From: an uncultured Rhodopirellula sp.
GTDB taxonomy: Bacteria; Planctomycetota; Planctomycetia; Pirellulales; Pirellulaceae
Direction: 5' to 3'
Assembly: GCA_964007735.1 (NCBI GenBank)
Contig: CAXGAI010000001.1
Coordinates: 129,798-193,797 of the forward strand
Length of the DNA stretch: 64,000 nucleotides
The notes beneath the pieces were generated by a model that saw only the letters and a list, made by a program, of their open reading frames with translations, had not been told where the DNA came from and ran no database searches. Below are positions 39,566 through 50,136 of the stretch, in pieces; within the stretch, counting starts at the first letter, position 1, and the number at the start of each line of letters is the position of its first letter. A program made the translations under genes and the position numbers.

Positions 39566-41014
39566 GTGATGATACCTTTGGAATCAAATACCGGCTGTGG
39601 TATGGAGTTCACGAGACGGGCATTTTTGGGCCGGACTTCTGGCGGATTAGGACTGGCCGCGCTGACAGGCTTGTTGCAGTCAAAGACTACAGTAAACGCT
39701 GCCGAGGGGCTCGATGCTGGAATCACGGATGGGCCTCATTTCGTTGGCAGGGCGAAGCGGGTTATTTTCCTTTGCATGGCTGGCGGACCGTCTCATTTAG
39801 AGTCTTTTGACTACAAGCCAAAGTTAGAGCAGATGCACGGAAAGCCGATGCCTGAGTCGTATACGGCGAATCAGCCAATAGCTCAGCTTCAGGGGCAGAA
39901 GTTGGTTTGTCAGAGGCCGCTAATACCCTTTAAGCGATTCGGAGAGTCTGGTCAGCAGATCACTGAGATCTTTCCACATATTGGCTCGGTGGCGGACGAT
40001 TTATGTATTATTAACAGTCTTCATACTGACCAAATCAATCACGACCCCGCCCATACGGTTATGAATACCGGTACGTCCATTTCAGGTCGTCCTAGTATGG
40101 GTTCGTGGGTAACCTATGGCTTGGGTAGCGAGTCGGCCGACTTGCCAGGATTCGTCGTGCTCACAAGTAAAGGTGGTCGCAATCCTCAACCAATTGCCAC
40201 TCGACAGTGGCATAGTGGCTTTTTGCCGGGTCGCTTTCAGGGAATTCAGTTTAACTCTACAGGAGATCCGGTTCACTTTGTTAAAAATCCGGCTGGTATT
40301 AATCGTGCTCAGCAAAAACGAGTAATTGAGGTGATTACCGGACTTAACGAAATTCGAGATCAATTGGTTGATAACCCGGAGATCAGAACTCGTATTCAAC
40401 AGTATGAACTTGCCTTCCGTATGCAGACCGCAGTTCCTGAATTGATGGATATTAGCAAGGAATCTCAGGAGACGCTCAATATGTATGGAGTCGCCGGAGC
40501 GGATGGTTCTTATGCTTATAACTGTCTACTTGCCCGCCGATTGGCTGAAAGCGGAGTTCGTTTTATTCATCTTTATCACCGTGGGTGGGATCATCACAAT
40601 GACTTAGTACGCTACATGGGAATTTGTAGTGGTATGTGCGACCAACCAACGGCAGCATTGATTAAAGACTTAAAGCAACGTGACATGCTGAAAGACACGT
40701 TAGTGGTTTTTGGCGGTGAATTTGGACGTACACCGATGGCTCAGACCAACAAAGGGCCAGTCGGTCGCGATCATCATATGAAAGCGTTTAGTATGTTTAT
40801 GGCGGGCGGAGGTATTAAAGGTGGAATCACATATGGGGCGACCGATGAGCTTGGATACAACGCCGTTGAAAATATAGTTCACATTAATGATTTGCACGCC
40901 ACGATGTTGCATCAGTTAGGTATTGACCATGAACGACTTACCTTCCAGTATCAGGGCCGAGATTTCCGCCTGACAGATGTCGCTGGTGACGTGATCAGTT
41001 CAATTCTGGCTTAA
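39566..41014 (+). CDS. DUF1501 domain protein (Tat-exported)
   Basis: TRRAFLG, AKRVIFLCMAGGPSHLESFDYKP, CLLARRLAESGVRF, GEFGRTP, GRDHH. Confidence 0.93.
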   Translation: MMIPLESNTGCGMEFTRRAFLGRTSGGLGLAALTGLLQSKTTVNAAEGLDAGITDGPHFVGRAKRVIFLCMAGGPSHLESFDYKPKLEQMHGKPMPESYTANQPIAQLQGQKLVCQRPLIPFKRFGESGQQITEIFPHIGSVADDLCIINSLHTDQINHDPAHTVMNTGTSISGRPSMGSWVTYGLGSESADLPGFVVLTSKGGRNPQPIATRQWHSGFLPGRFQGIQFNSTGDPVHFVKNPAGINRAQQKRVIEVITGLNEIRDQLVDNPEIRTRIQQYELAFRMQTAVPELMDISKESQETLNMYGVAGADGSYAYNCLLARRLAESGVRFIHLYHRGWDHHNDLVRYMGICSGMCDQPTAALIKDLKQRDMLKDTLVVFGGEFGRTPMAQTNKGPVGRDHHMKAFSMFMAGGGIKGGITYGATDELGYNAVENIVHINDLHATMLHQLGIDHERLTFQYQGRDFRLTDVAGDVISSILA

Positions 41015-42393
41015 GACGATAACGTCAGCGCTCGGGAGCGTAATTCAGCGATCAGGTAAAACGAGCCTGTTATAACAATCAGATCTTTACCGTCAGCATT
41101 TTGTAGTGCTTGATTAAAAGCAGCATCCGGATCAGGTTCCACATCTATTCGGGATGCCAGATTATTGCAAGCTGTTGCAGCCGAATCAAACAAAAGCTGA
41201 GGCTCAACCGCCCGGGGATTCTTTGTGTATTTAGTGAATGTAATGCTGTGGAAGAGAGACGCTAATAGTTCCACGATCTCGTCGTATCGTTTGTCTTTGC
41301 TACAGCTTAGGACAAGGTGGAGTTTGGTGTCGGGAAAGTGATGCCTCAAAAAGTCAGCTAAAGCCTTTGCTGAGTTTGGGTTGTGAGCCACGTCCAATAA
41401 AATCTGTGGCTGAGCGTTAATTAACTCGAGCCGTCCAGCACATCTCACGGCTGATAAACCTGTTTCGATTACTTTATCCTCCAGGGAGTAATCAAGTTTT
41501 CGTAGTTCGTGAATAATGCCAAGACAAACAGCAGCGTTACTAATTTGGTGTTGCCCCGGAATCCCGACGATTAGATTTTCCCAGACCTTCCTGCCGTGAA
41601 TCGAGACACTTTCAATTTGTGGTGGTATGGTTCGAACGTTGCCACTTTTAATAACAATATCCTGAGCCAAAGTGAGAAGCGGAGCCTGTCGCTGAGCAGC
41701 AATCTGTTCAATTTCCTGCTGTGGGCCATCGACGGTACAACCGTTGATCACGGGTACTCCGGTTTTAATAATGCCAGCCTTCTCGCGCGCGATGAGTTCT
41801 AAGGTGTTACCAAGAATGTCAGTATGATCGAGGCCAATATTGGTGATTGCCGTTACGATTGGATTACAGATATTCGTGCTGTCCAGACGCCCGCCAAGTC
41901 CAACTTCTATTACGGCAATATCTGCTTTAGCTTGACAGAAATACATGAATGCCAGCGCGGTCGTTATTTCAAAAAAGGTTGGCTTCAGGTCAATGTCTGA
42001 TTGTTTGGCATCGCGTCGATCCATTTCTTCCACAGCCGGCATGATTTGCTGAATAATTTCAATCATGCTCTCTTCACTGCATGGCGTACCGTTGATGCAA
42101 AAACGTTGTCCTAGGTGTTCAAGGTGCGGTGAAGTAAAGAGACCGGTCGTGTATCCTGCGTCCGTTAGAATCTTACTCACCATGGAAGAGACAGAGCCTT
42201 TTCCTTTTGTGCCTGCTATGTGAATAGCCTTGATTTGTCGTTGGGGGTTCCCTAAAAGCTCAGCAAGTTGTTTCATACGATCGAGCTTAAAGGTGTCGGG
42301 AGAACTAGTATTCATTGTTCGCTCAAGGTCAAAGCGACTGAATAGGAATGCCTGAGCATCTGCGTAGGTATGAATATGCGAATGAGATGACAT
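41011..42393 (-). CDS. folC: Folylpolyglutamate/dihydrofolate synthase
   Basis: HIAGTKGKGS, FTSPHL, TFFEITT, EVGLGGRLDSTN, GLDHTDILG, LDVAHNP, ITGSFYL; likely start 42393. Confidence 0.95.
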   Translation of the reverse strand: MSSHSHIHTYADAQAFLFSRFDLERTMNTSSPDTFKLDRMKQLAELLGNPQRQIKAIHIAGTKGKGSVSSMVSKILTDAGYTTGLFTSPHLEHLGQRFCINGTPCSEESMIEIIQQIMPAVEEMDRRDAKQSDIDLKPTFFEITTALAFMYFCQAKADIAVIEVGLGGRLDSTNICNPIVTAITNIGLDHTDILGNTLELIAREKAGIIKTGVPVINGCTVDGPQQEIEQIAAQRQAPLLTLAQDIVIKSGNVRTIPPQIESVSIHGRKVWENLIVGIPGQHQISNAAVCLGIIHELRKLDYSLEDKVIETGLSAVRCAGRLELINAQPQILLDVAHNPNSAKALADFLRHHFPDTKLHLVLSCSKDKRYDEIVELLASLFHSITFTKYTKNPRAVEPQLLFDSAATACNNLASRIDVEPDPDAAFNQALQNADGKDLIVITGSFYLIAELRSRALTLSS

Positions 42394-42752
42394 TGAATCT
42401 TCGGGACTTGGAGTATTAGGGGCTGAATTGCAAGCCATTCGGCCTCTCAACCCACCAATCAATTGATATAACCTGCATGACCGTCAAATGGCCTTACTAA
42501 CAAGCGAGATATCTTTATTTTGATAGCATTCCTATCCCTTATTTATAGTGTTCAAACGGCATACTTTAAGAGTATGGCAAGAGGTTTTTTTGTAATCTCT
42601 CTATCCACAAAATGGCTGGTGCCTTGTTTGCTCTTTGTAGTGAACTGCTATGGCTATTTATCCGTATAAACTGAATTGTCTCTGGCGGTAAATTTTATTA
42701 TTCCAGCTGTTTGGGAAATAGTAATAACGGCCTGTCATCAGAAAGGTTTTAG

Positions 42753-43724
42753 ATGTCCACATCAGTCGACGATAAGCGGGATGTCATTATTGAAACACGC
42801 AACTTAACCAAGGTCTATAAAGACTTCTGGGGTCGTCCTAAAGTAAACGCTTTGGAATCGCTTGATCTGGAAGTTCGCCGAGGAGAGATTTTTGGCTTGC
42901 TGGGGCCTAACGGTTCTGGGAAATCAACGACGATCAAGTTAATCCTGGGACTACTGTTCCCAACCAGTGGTCAGGCACTGGTTTTCAATAAAGAAGCATC
43001 CGACGTATCAAAGAATGAGCGGATTGGATATTTACCTGAAGAATCCTACCTTTATAAGTTCCTTAATGCAGAAGAGACACTGGATTTTTATGGTCGCTTA
43101 TTCAATATGTCTGCAGGTCGCCGTAAGCAACGTGTTCGAGACCTTATTAAGCTGATTGACATTGAATGGGCTCAGCGGCGCCAGTTGAAAGAGTACTCCA
43201 AAGGGATGACGCGTCGTATTGGTCTCGCTCAGGCATTGATCAATGACCCGGAGCTGATTGTTCTCGATGAACCAACTACCGGTCTGGACCCTATTGGTAC
43301 TCGGGAAATGAAAGACCTAATTGTGCGCCTCCGCGATCAGGGTAAAACTATTCTAATGTGTAGCCACCTGTTGGCAGATGTGCAGGATGTCTGCGATCGC
43401 ATTGCGATTCTTCATCAGGGTGAACTGAAAGAAATGGGGGCAGTTGAGAACCTGCTTAGTGTTCGTGATATTACACAGATTCAAGCGAAGGGCTTGAGTG
43501 ATGATGCTCAAGAGCAAATTCGTGAAATTATTGCGAACGATAAAGCCGATCTGGTTTCGATGGAAAATCCAACCACGACGCTGGAAGATTTGTTCCTCGG
43601 TATTGTACGAGATAGTAAAGCTCGCCCTGGTTACAACCGTAAGCGAGAGCGTGATCAACAAGAGCCCGCCGAGACTACTGAGGCTGTAGATGGAATAGTC
43701 AAAGACACAGAAGATGTGTCCTAA
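42753..43724 (+). CDS. ABC transporter ATP-binding protein (ABC-2 type)
   Basis: [27 protein letters not shown]. Confidence 0.93.
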   Translation: MSTSVDDKRDVIIETRNLTKVYKDFWGRPKVNALESLDLEVRRGEIFGLLGPNGSGKSTTIKLILGLLFPTSGQALVFNKEASDVSKNERIGYLPEESYLYKFLNAEETLDFYGRLFNMSAGRRKQRVRDLIKLIDIEWAQRRQLKEYSKGMTRRIGLAQALINDPELIVLDEPTTGLDPIGTREMKDLIVRLRDQGKTILMCSHLLADVQDVCDRIAILHQGELKEMGAVENLLSVRDITQIQAKGLSDDAQEQIREIIANDKADLVSMENPTTTLEDLFLGIVRDSKARPGYNRKRERDQQEPAETTEAVDGIVKDTEDVS

Positions 43725-43785
43725 GCAAACCGGTATTCATTTTATCCCGGTTGAATCAAAAGAGTATTAACGGAATTACAGACAA

Positions 43786-45642
43786 ATGGTCGTCGATCCT
43801 AGTGAGTTTATTCCTTTTAGCGAGTGGCTATCGAATGCTGCTGGCGGGTTTGTCGTTCTGGCACTTGTTATCTTCATTGCCTGGACGGTCATCGCCTTTG
43901 CGTTCACCGCAATCCGTAACACTCCAAAACAGGCAATGTCGATTGTCGGCGGTGGCTTAAAAAGGGCCGTTTTGGAAGACTTCCCGCGATCATCCTTGCG
44001 TCGTACGATCGGTATGACACGATTAGCGGTTCAAGAAGCGATTCGTAACAAAGTTCTAATCATTTTTGCCTTATTCGTTGTGTTGCTACTGTTTGCAGGC
44101 TGGTTTCTAGATGTGCAGAATGATCATCCGGCCCGTCTTTATCTTGGATTTGTTATTTCGACGAGTACTTATCTGTTGTTGGCGTTGGCGATGTTTGTAA
44201 GTGCCTTTAGTCTACCTAACGATATTAAGAATAAGACAATCTATACAATTACCACCAAACCAGTACGAGCCCATGAAATTTTTCTTGGACGCGTCCTTGG
44301 CTTTGGCTTAGTTGGTACGGTACTTCTAATACTGATGGGCTTGGTAAGTTATGGATTTGTCATTCGTGGTCTGGATCATTCCCACACCATTGACCTAGCC
44401 TCTATTGAATGGGATGAAGAGACAGGATTAGGAACAGGATTTACTTCGGTTGATTCACATCATCGTCACGACTTTTTGATCAACCGAAATATAGAGGGGG
44501 ATCGTCCGGTTGGTGCAACTGAGGTCGCTCAAGGTCATTCCCATGCGATCTTCCGAGATGGTGACAATTATGTAGTAGGCCCACCTACCGGGGACCTGCT
44601 CGCTCGCGTTCCAGTTTATGGGAGCCTACGCTTTTTGGACCGTTATGGTCGTGAAAGTAACGAAGGTGGTGAGGGTGGTTTATCTGTAGGTAAAGAATGG
44701 ACATATCGGGAATACATTGAAGGTAATACGCTAAGTACTGCGATCTGGACGTTTGAAAACTTAACCTCAGACATGTTCAGTACGGGAGGAGGCGATGAAG
44801 GTGTTGTACCATTGGAATTAAACCTACGTGTATTTCGAACGACAAAAGGCGATATCGAAGGTGCGGTGCAAGGTGAGATCTTACTGGTGAATCCTGAAAA
44901 GACTTTGGCAGTTCAGGACCGCTACAGTGCCCCAATTTCTTTTGAGGCGGAGGAATTCCAAACCTTTCAGGTAAATATCGATTACAAAGAAATTCGCCGT
45001 CAGAATCCAAATACGGCTGAACTCGAAAAAATTAATCTATTCCAGGATCTGGTTGATAACGGGAAACTCGAAGTTCACGTCCGATGCCGAGATCATGCTC
45101 AGTTCTTTGGAATGGCTCAGGCGGACATGTATATTCGAGCACCTGAAGGTTCATTCGAAATGAATTTCTTGAAGTGCTACTTGGGCATATGGATGCAGTT
45201 GGTACTTGTCACGCTCTTTGGAGTGTTCTTCAGTACATTTTTGAACGGCATTGTCGCGATGGTTGCAACGTTATCGATTGTTGTGATGGGTATTTCATCG
45301 GGATTTATTGGGGAGGTACAGTCGGGAGATGCGCCTGGTGGCGGCCCGATTGAGTCCCTTATTAGAAATATCACTCAGCAGGGTGCGACGGTTGATTTGG
45401 ATATGGGCGAGACAGCGACATCCGTCATTCAGTCTTTAGACTCGTTCTATCTGGATACGATGGAAAGTGTTGCTAAATTAGCCCCGGACTTTCCCAAATT
45501 TAATATGGCCGCCAAAGTTGCGTACGGTTATGACATTAATCTGGATCTCATTCTGAAACAGATTACGACCACTTTGGTGTACTTCTTTGTCTTATTGTTT
45601 GCGGGATACTTTGTCATCTCATCAAGGGAAATTGCAGCGTGA
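43786..45642 (+). CDS. ABC-2 type permease with large His-motif extracytoplasmic domain
   Basis: SLPNDIKNKTIYTITTKPVRAHEIFLGR permease motif; soluble insert with HSH, HHRH and GHSH motifs. Confidence 0.8.
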   Translation: MVVDPSEFIPFSEWLSNAAGGFVVLALVIFIAWTVIAFAFTAIRNTPKQAMSIVGGGLKRAVLEDFPRSSLRRTIGMTRLAVQEAIRNKVLIIFALFVVLLLFAGWFLDVQNDHPARLYLGFVISTSTYLLLALAMFVSAFSLPNDIKNKTIYTITTKPVRAHEIFLGRVLGFGLVGTVLLILMGLVSYGFVIRGLDHSHTIDLASIEWDEETGLGTGFTSVDSHHRHDFLINRNIEGDRPVGATEVAQGHSHAIFRDGDNYVVGPPTGDLLARVPVYGSLRFLDRYGRESNEGGEGGLSVGKEWTYREYIEGNTLSTAIWTFENLTSDMFSTGGGDEGVVPLELNLRVFRTTKGDIEGAVQGEILLVNPEKTLAVQDRYSAPISFEAEEFQTFQVNIDYKEIRRQNPNTAELEKINLFQDLVDNGKLEVHVRCRDHAQFFGMAQADMYIRAPEGSFEMNFLKCYLGIWMQLVLVTLFGVFFSTFLNGIVAMVATLSIVVMGISSGFIGEVQSGDAPGGGPIESLIRNITQQGATVDLDMGETATSVIQSLDSFYLDTMESVAKLAPDFPKFNMAAKVAYGYDINLDLILKQITTTLVYFFVLLFAGYFVISSREIAA

Positions 45643-47267
45643 ATCTAGAAACGTCTTTCAAGCGTAAAGTTAGCTATATCACAGGCATTGTATTGTTGCT
45701 GTTCCCATTGTTTTATCTTGGGCAACCATCCACCAGTGATGCTGATGGCGGGCGTGGGGGTAAGCTTGCTCAGTTACGGGCTGAGAACTACCTAGCACAA
45801 TCAAATCTGGGAGAGATTGACCCGGTAAGTTCAACCATGCAGTTGGCGACTTTTGGATTGCGTCCAATAGCGGTGATTGTTTTATGGGAGAAAGCGACAC
45901 GATTCCAGAAGATGGAAGATTATGACAATGTGACGGCGACGGTGAATCAGATTTCAAAGTTGCAACCAAACTTTGTATCCATCTGGAAATTTCAGGCTCA
46001 CAATCTGGCCTACAATATTTCTGTCGATTTCGATAACTATCGTCACCGTTACCAATGGGTGCGGCGAGGTATTGATTTTTTAATGGAAGGCACCCAGTAC
46101 AACAGCCAGGACGCGAAACTAGTGCAGGAAGTTGGGGCTTATACAGGATCGAAGATTGGTGGTTCTGATGAGAAACGTCAATTTCGTCGGCTTTTTGCGG
46201 AGGATGATCCCTTCCATCAGCGTATGGAAGATTATGGACTCGAGATGGACTCACAGTTAGTGGCAGGGGTTGACGGAAAACCGGACAACTGGAAAGTTGC
46301 GAATCGCTGGTATCAGAAAAGTGAAGACGTCGCAAAGTTTAGTGACGGTGGGATTCGTGGTGATTGGTTAAGATTTTACGAACGTAAACCACAAGCATTG
46401 ATCTATTATGCGATTTCCCTGGAAGACGATGGTTATCTGGATACAAATGCCCAGCAGGCATTTGCGACGGCTCAAGCAGGACTTGTGGAACTTGGCACTC
46501 TGGATATTCTTTCAACGTTTACACGAACCACGTTGCGTCTTAATCAGGGGGCTGAATTCCAACGCAAGTTAGATAACATGCGCGGGGAAATGGACAAGTT
46601 GGGCCCGGGCGTACGCCAGGCCGAAAAGGAAAAGCGTTTTAATGAATTATCAAAACCGCAGCAGGAAGCGATGAATTTGGCTCCGGAACTACGCACTGAA
46701 TACCATGAACGAATGATACAGGAAGCAAATCAGGCCCTGTTTGTGTCAGAAATCGATATTGCAAATGCCATGCCTGATGGTGTTAAAGATCGGGCTCTCG
46801 CATTGGCTGCTGAGGCGGAAGCGATGGCGATTAAGGCAGATGCGGTCAATTATATGCGGTCGATGATTAACTATGATTATTGGTTGCGAAGATGTGAAAT
46901 GGAACAACTGGACTTAGCCATTAATGCTCGTAAAACGACGGCTGCTGCCGATGAGTTATTTATTGCCGCTCGACTTCAGCCGGCTCGTGAAGAATACGAA
47001 AAAGCATGGGCGATGTGGACGAATATCTTTGAAAAGTATCCGTCAATGATTACCAAAGATACGGGACAAAACTTAATGCCTTCGATAGCAAATTATGTGG
47101 AACTACTTTCGCAGTTTGATGAAGAAGTGCCACAAGGCTTTGCTTTGCAGGAATTGGTTGATTTGGCCGAGGCAGAATTGGCACCGTTACCGGATTCAAA
47201 TATCCAATTTCCATCACCTTCGAATCCAGATCGCATTAAGGGTGAAGTTCCAAAACCGCAATACTAA
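45639..47267 (+). CDS. Membrane-anchored helical/TPR-like hypothetical protein in ABC operon
   Basis: N-terminal TM helix; LQPNF..IW.FQAHNLAYNIS motif; all-helical composition; 4-nt overlap with permease. Confidence 0.65.
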   Translation: MNLETSFKRKVSYITGIVLLLFPLFYLGQPSTSDADGGRGGKLAQLRAENYLAQSNLGEIDPVSSTMQLATFGLRPIAVIVLWEKATRFQKMEDYDNVTATVNQISKLQPNFVSIWKFQAHNLAYNISVDFDNYRHRYQWVRRGIDFLMEGTQYNSQDAKLVQEVGAYTGSKIGGSDEKRQFRRLFAEDDPFHQRMEDYGLEMDSQLVAGVDGKPDNWKVANRWYQKSEDVAKFSDGGIRGDWLRFYERKPQALIYYAISLEDDGYLDTNAQQAFATAQAGLVELGTLDILSTFTRTTLRLNQGAEFQRKLDNMRGEMDKLGPGVRQAEKEKRFNELSKPQQEAMNLAPELRTEYHERMIQEANQALFVSEIDIANAMPDGVKDRALALAAEAEAMAIKADAVNYMRSMINYDYWLRRCEMEQLDLAINARKTTAAADELFIAARLQPAREEYEKAWAMWTNIFEKYPSMITKDTGQNLMPSIANYVELLSQFDEEVPQGFALQELVDLAEAELAPLPDSNIQFPSPSNPDRIKGEVPKPQY

Positions 47268-47271
47268 TGAC

Positions 47272-48312
47272 TCACCGGGATTGATTAAGATCTTTGTATT
47301 CCTTGCGGATTCTTTCAATGAAAACATCCTGTTGGTCGATCGGATGATAGATCGCCCGCATGACGAATCGGTAGGTTTTACCGATTTCGTAATCCGGGAT
47401 GAAGTATTGAAAGTCCCATGCAGGATTGCCGTGTCCACCACCTGAAGGTGATTGCGACAGTCGTATCTGGTCCGCAGTACGAAATACCTGGGCGAATCCC
47501 ATATTCCGACTTACTCCGTAATACCAAGGTTCGTCGAATCGATGACGGGAGTAACCAAAGACAAGTGTTAATGGAAAGTTCGTATCATGCTTGAACAGGC
47601 GTGTATCACGGAGACCACGATGGGTGGCGTGAACGCCATGTTGAGGAGTGACACCCCGGACAATCTTAGGGGGAGGTAGTTTTCTAAGGGGCTTCCCTTC
47701 TACATTCTCGAAACCCGGAAAATGAATACTTTTGTCTTCAGGTTGGTGAATGTAGCTTGCCCAGAACAAGCCAATATAATCATTTTCAAATGTCTTGGCT
47801 CTTGGTATACATTCATAAGTTAACTGAATTGTACCGCCTTTCAGTAGCTCATAACGTTGGCAGCTTTCCAGTTTATAGTGGCCAGCAGGTGCTTGATAAA
47901 GTTCGACCGCATATTGATTGATCTGTCGTAATTCCATCGGAAGGTTGCGTGGTTCAAATAAAATTGTACGTTCTCGTGTACGGCCGTCATGAATGTGTTC
48001 ATAGTTTAGTCCGGCATAGTTAGTAACAAACAGGTTGTTCGGTTGCTTCGTATGCGAGATGCGGGCGATACCGCTATAGCCGGCCCGATGATCAGGAAGG
48101 GTATTGTTATCTACTGCCTGATTGTTCACGACGACGATTTCTAAGCCATCTCGCTTAAGCACGACATAGTCTTTAGTCGGTGACTTCCAATCACCCTCCT
48201 GTTTACCGATGGATGTGCGGGGGGTTACTTCACCAGCGTGGACTTCCGCTGTGATTGAAATCAAGAACGCGGATCCGATTAATAATAACGGTAGATGACG
48301 CAGCATTTTCAA
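47272..48312 (-). CDS. Secreted hypothetical protein (beta-rich, possibly galactose-mutarotase-like)
   Basis: Signal peptide (VHA|GE); HRAGYSG, AGLNYEHIHDG, FWASYIH, NPAWDFQ. Confidence 0.6.
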   Translation of the reverse strand: MKMLRHLPLLLIGSAFLISITAEVHAGEVTPRTSIGKQEGDWKSPTKDYVVLKRDGLEIVVVNNQAVDNNTLPDHRAGYSGIARISHTKQPNNLFVTNYAGLNYEHIHDGRTRERTILFEPRNLPMELRQINQYAVELYQAPAGHYKLESCQRYELLKGGTIQLTYECIPRAKTFENDYIGLFWASYIHQPEDKSIHFPGFENVEGKPLRKLPPPKIVRGVTPQHGVHATHRGLRDTRLFKHDTNFPLTLVFGYSRHRFDEPWYYGVSRNMGFAQVFRTADQIRLSQSPSGGGHGNPAWDFQYFIPDYEIGKTYRFVMRAIYHPIDQQDVFIERIRKEYKDLNQSR

Positions 48313-48728
48313 TGATCTTTTCTATACTGGGAAAACTGGCCGATACTGGATTTGTAGTAACGAGTCGTTCGTGCCGTGAGTTCTTCCTGGTTTTTTGTTT
48401 GTTGTTCTTTGAGGTCTTCTAGATTTGCCTGACAGGTCAAGCAGCCTCTTATTTCGAGATGAGCTTTAATAAACAGACTTTGGTCATTAGGTAAAATGCC
48501 TAACAAATACGCTCCCAGTGTCTTACGGCTCGGGCAGCCGAGATTGTGTTGTCGCCAGATAGCTCCTAGTGAGTGTTCCCCAACGGCGAGTTGTTGTCTA
48601 ATTCGATGAAGTCTTTCCTGTAAGTCGGTATCTTGTCCTAGAGCTTCTTCAAGTTTGGAAGCTCGAACGGCTTCAAGGTCCTCTTCCAGATACGCCGACA
48701 GTTCGGAATCACTAAATTGATTTAACAT
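48309..48728 (-). CDS. Soluble zinc-finger anti-sigma-like protein
   Basis: Two zf-HC2-like repeats (LSAYLEEDL…; CPSRKTLGAYL…HLEIRGCLTC); immediately downstream of the ECF sigma gene. Confidence 0.75.
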   Translation of the reverse strand: MLNQFSDSELSAYLEEDLEAVRASKLEEALGQDTDLQERLHRIRQQLAVGEHSLGAIWRQHNLGCPSRKTLGAYLLGILPNDQSLFIKAHLEIRGCLTCQANLEDLKEQQTKNQEELTARTTRYYKSSIGQFSQYRKDH

Positions 48729-48738
48729 GCAATTCTCC

Positions 48739-49380
48739 TTAGGATTCCTGATCTAGGTACAATTCAGGGAATAAATCAGCATTCACTCCAAGTCGCATCA
48801 TATGCCGTTTAATCTTGTCGACGAACTCATGTTTTAAACTGGCGACTTGTGGTTGAGACAATCCCAGGACTTCGGCGATTTCTTTATTCGGAGTCGAGCT
48901 TACGAACAGGAGTTCCAGACAAGCCAATTTGATCCAGGATGCGTTTTCGATCAAAAGAGCCACTTCCTGTTCAAGGATTTGCAGTAATGCATCTTCTTCA
49001 GCTCGTCGTCGTTCGCCACTTCGAAAAATGGTTGACGCTCCCCGACCTCCTCCGGGCAACTCGATTTGCTGTTGTGATTCATTGGAAGTCAGCGACGATG
49101 TGTCAGGGCGACGGCCAGTCTTTTTGAAGTGGTCGATAATTCGAAATCGGCAAATCGTGAAAAGAAAACTGTCGATGGGCCGTGTTTCGTCAAAGTTCGG
49201 AAGGCTATTGACGAAACCAATGAATGTATCCTGGACGATGTCTTCAACGGTAGCGGGGTCGCGGATCTTCTTGCGTACAAAGGCCTGAAGCCGGCCACCA
49301 AAACGGTCAACGAATCGCATCCAGGCCTCATCTGCACCAGAACGTATTTCTTCGATTAGTAGCTTATCAACTTCGGCCAT
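48739..49380 (-). CDS. ECF RNA polymerase sigma factor (kinase-associated, ECF59-like)
   Basis: Region 2 (AWMRFVDRF…EDIVQDTFI…FLFTICRFRIIDHFK) and region 4 (NKEIAEVLGLS). Confidence 0.88.
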   Translation of the reverse strand: MAEVDKLLIEEIRSGADEAWMRFVDRFGGRLQAFVRKKIRDPATVEDIVQDTFIGFVNSLPNFDETRPIDSFLFTICRFRIIDHFKKTGRRPDTSSLTSNESQQQIELPGGGRGASTIFRSGERRRAEEDALLQILEQEVALLIENASWIKLACLELLFVSSTPNKEIAEVLGLSQPQVASLKHEFVDKIKRHMMRLGVNADLFPELYLDQES

Positions 49381-49446
49381 TAAGGATCTCAACACATTAA
49401 TTGTTTAAGCGAATTGTAACGTGCGGAGAGGGGGGACGACAAGAAA

Positions 49447-50136
49447 TCAAACCCAGTAAAGCATGGTCGCGAAGAGGGCAAGGGTGGCAAGCGTTGTGAC
49501 AAGAATTATTAGGTTGATCATAATTCGGATGGGCGGATTGGTGTTACGACTTCGCATGACCTGATTGCCGCGTAGTAGGAACAAAACGATCAGTATTACA
49601 CTGGCAATCATGATGTACTGTATTAATCGTTCACCCAGCAGTATTTCACCCCACAGATAATTCATTTCGGCATGTAATGGTTTTAGGTCAACAATGGCAA
49701 CTAAGTGGTAATTAGTGATGTTAGAGGATTGTCCTCCGAGAATCGGAGTATACCGTTGAAGAAAGATATCACTGGACATTGCGACCGCAAATGGATCGAT
49801 TTGGAGCCCCTTTTGTTCCAGTAAGGTTCTCCCATCCAGATGACTATTGGTCACTTCGGCAATTACACTATCGATGGCAGCATCAACTTTGACTAAAAAG
49901 TTTTCTGTAACTCCCGGGATATCAATAGATAAATCAGATTCAACCCGCTGAGCGTAGGAGTTGCCATTAGGCAAAACTAGCTCGGGTTGTTTCACAACGC
50001 TGCCAATAGCTCTGTTCTTTAAATCAAACTTAAAGAACTCAGGCTCGTTATCCGTAGCCCCATTGTTTTGTCCTAAGATTGGTGCAGTACATACCAGAAG
50101 GCACCACGTTGCGAGGAGAAATTTTCTAAGTGCCAT
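49447..50136 (-). CDS. Hypothetical membrane protein in the ECF/kinase operon
   Basis: Signal peptide, soluble domain, two C-terminal TM helices; overlaps kinase stop. Confidence 0.6.
   Translation of the reverse strand: MALRKFLLATWCLLVCTAPILGQNNGATDNEPEFFKFDLKNRAIGSVVKQPELVLPNGNSYAQRVESDLSIDIPGVTENFLVKVDAAIDSVIAEVTNSHLDGRTLLEQKGLQIDPFAVAMSSDIFLQRYTPILGGQSSNITNYHLVAIVDLKPLHAEMNYLWGEILLGERLIQYIMIASVILIVLFLLRGNQVMRSRNTNPPIRIMINLIILVTTLATLALFATMLYWV

Noticed and set aside
42560..42592. CATACT-ttaag-AGTATG hairpin followed by a T-run
   Set aside because: Weak 6-bp AT-rich stem separated from the T-run and lying between divergent genes; insufficient for a terminator or riboswitch call
45679..46335. 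218-aa minus-strand ORF
   Set aside because: Antisense shadow of a well-supported plus-strand gene; composition not protein-like
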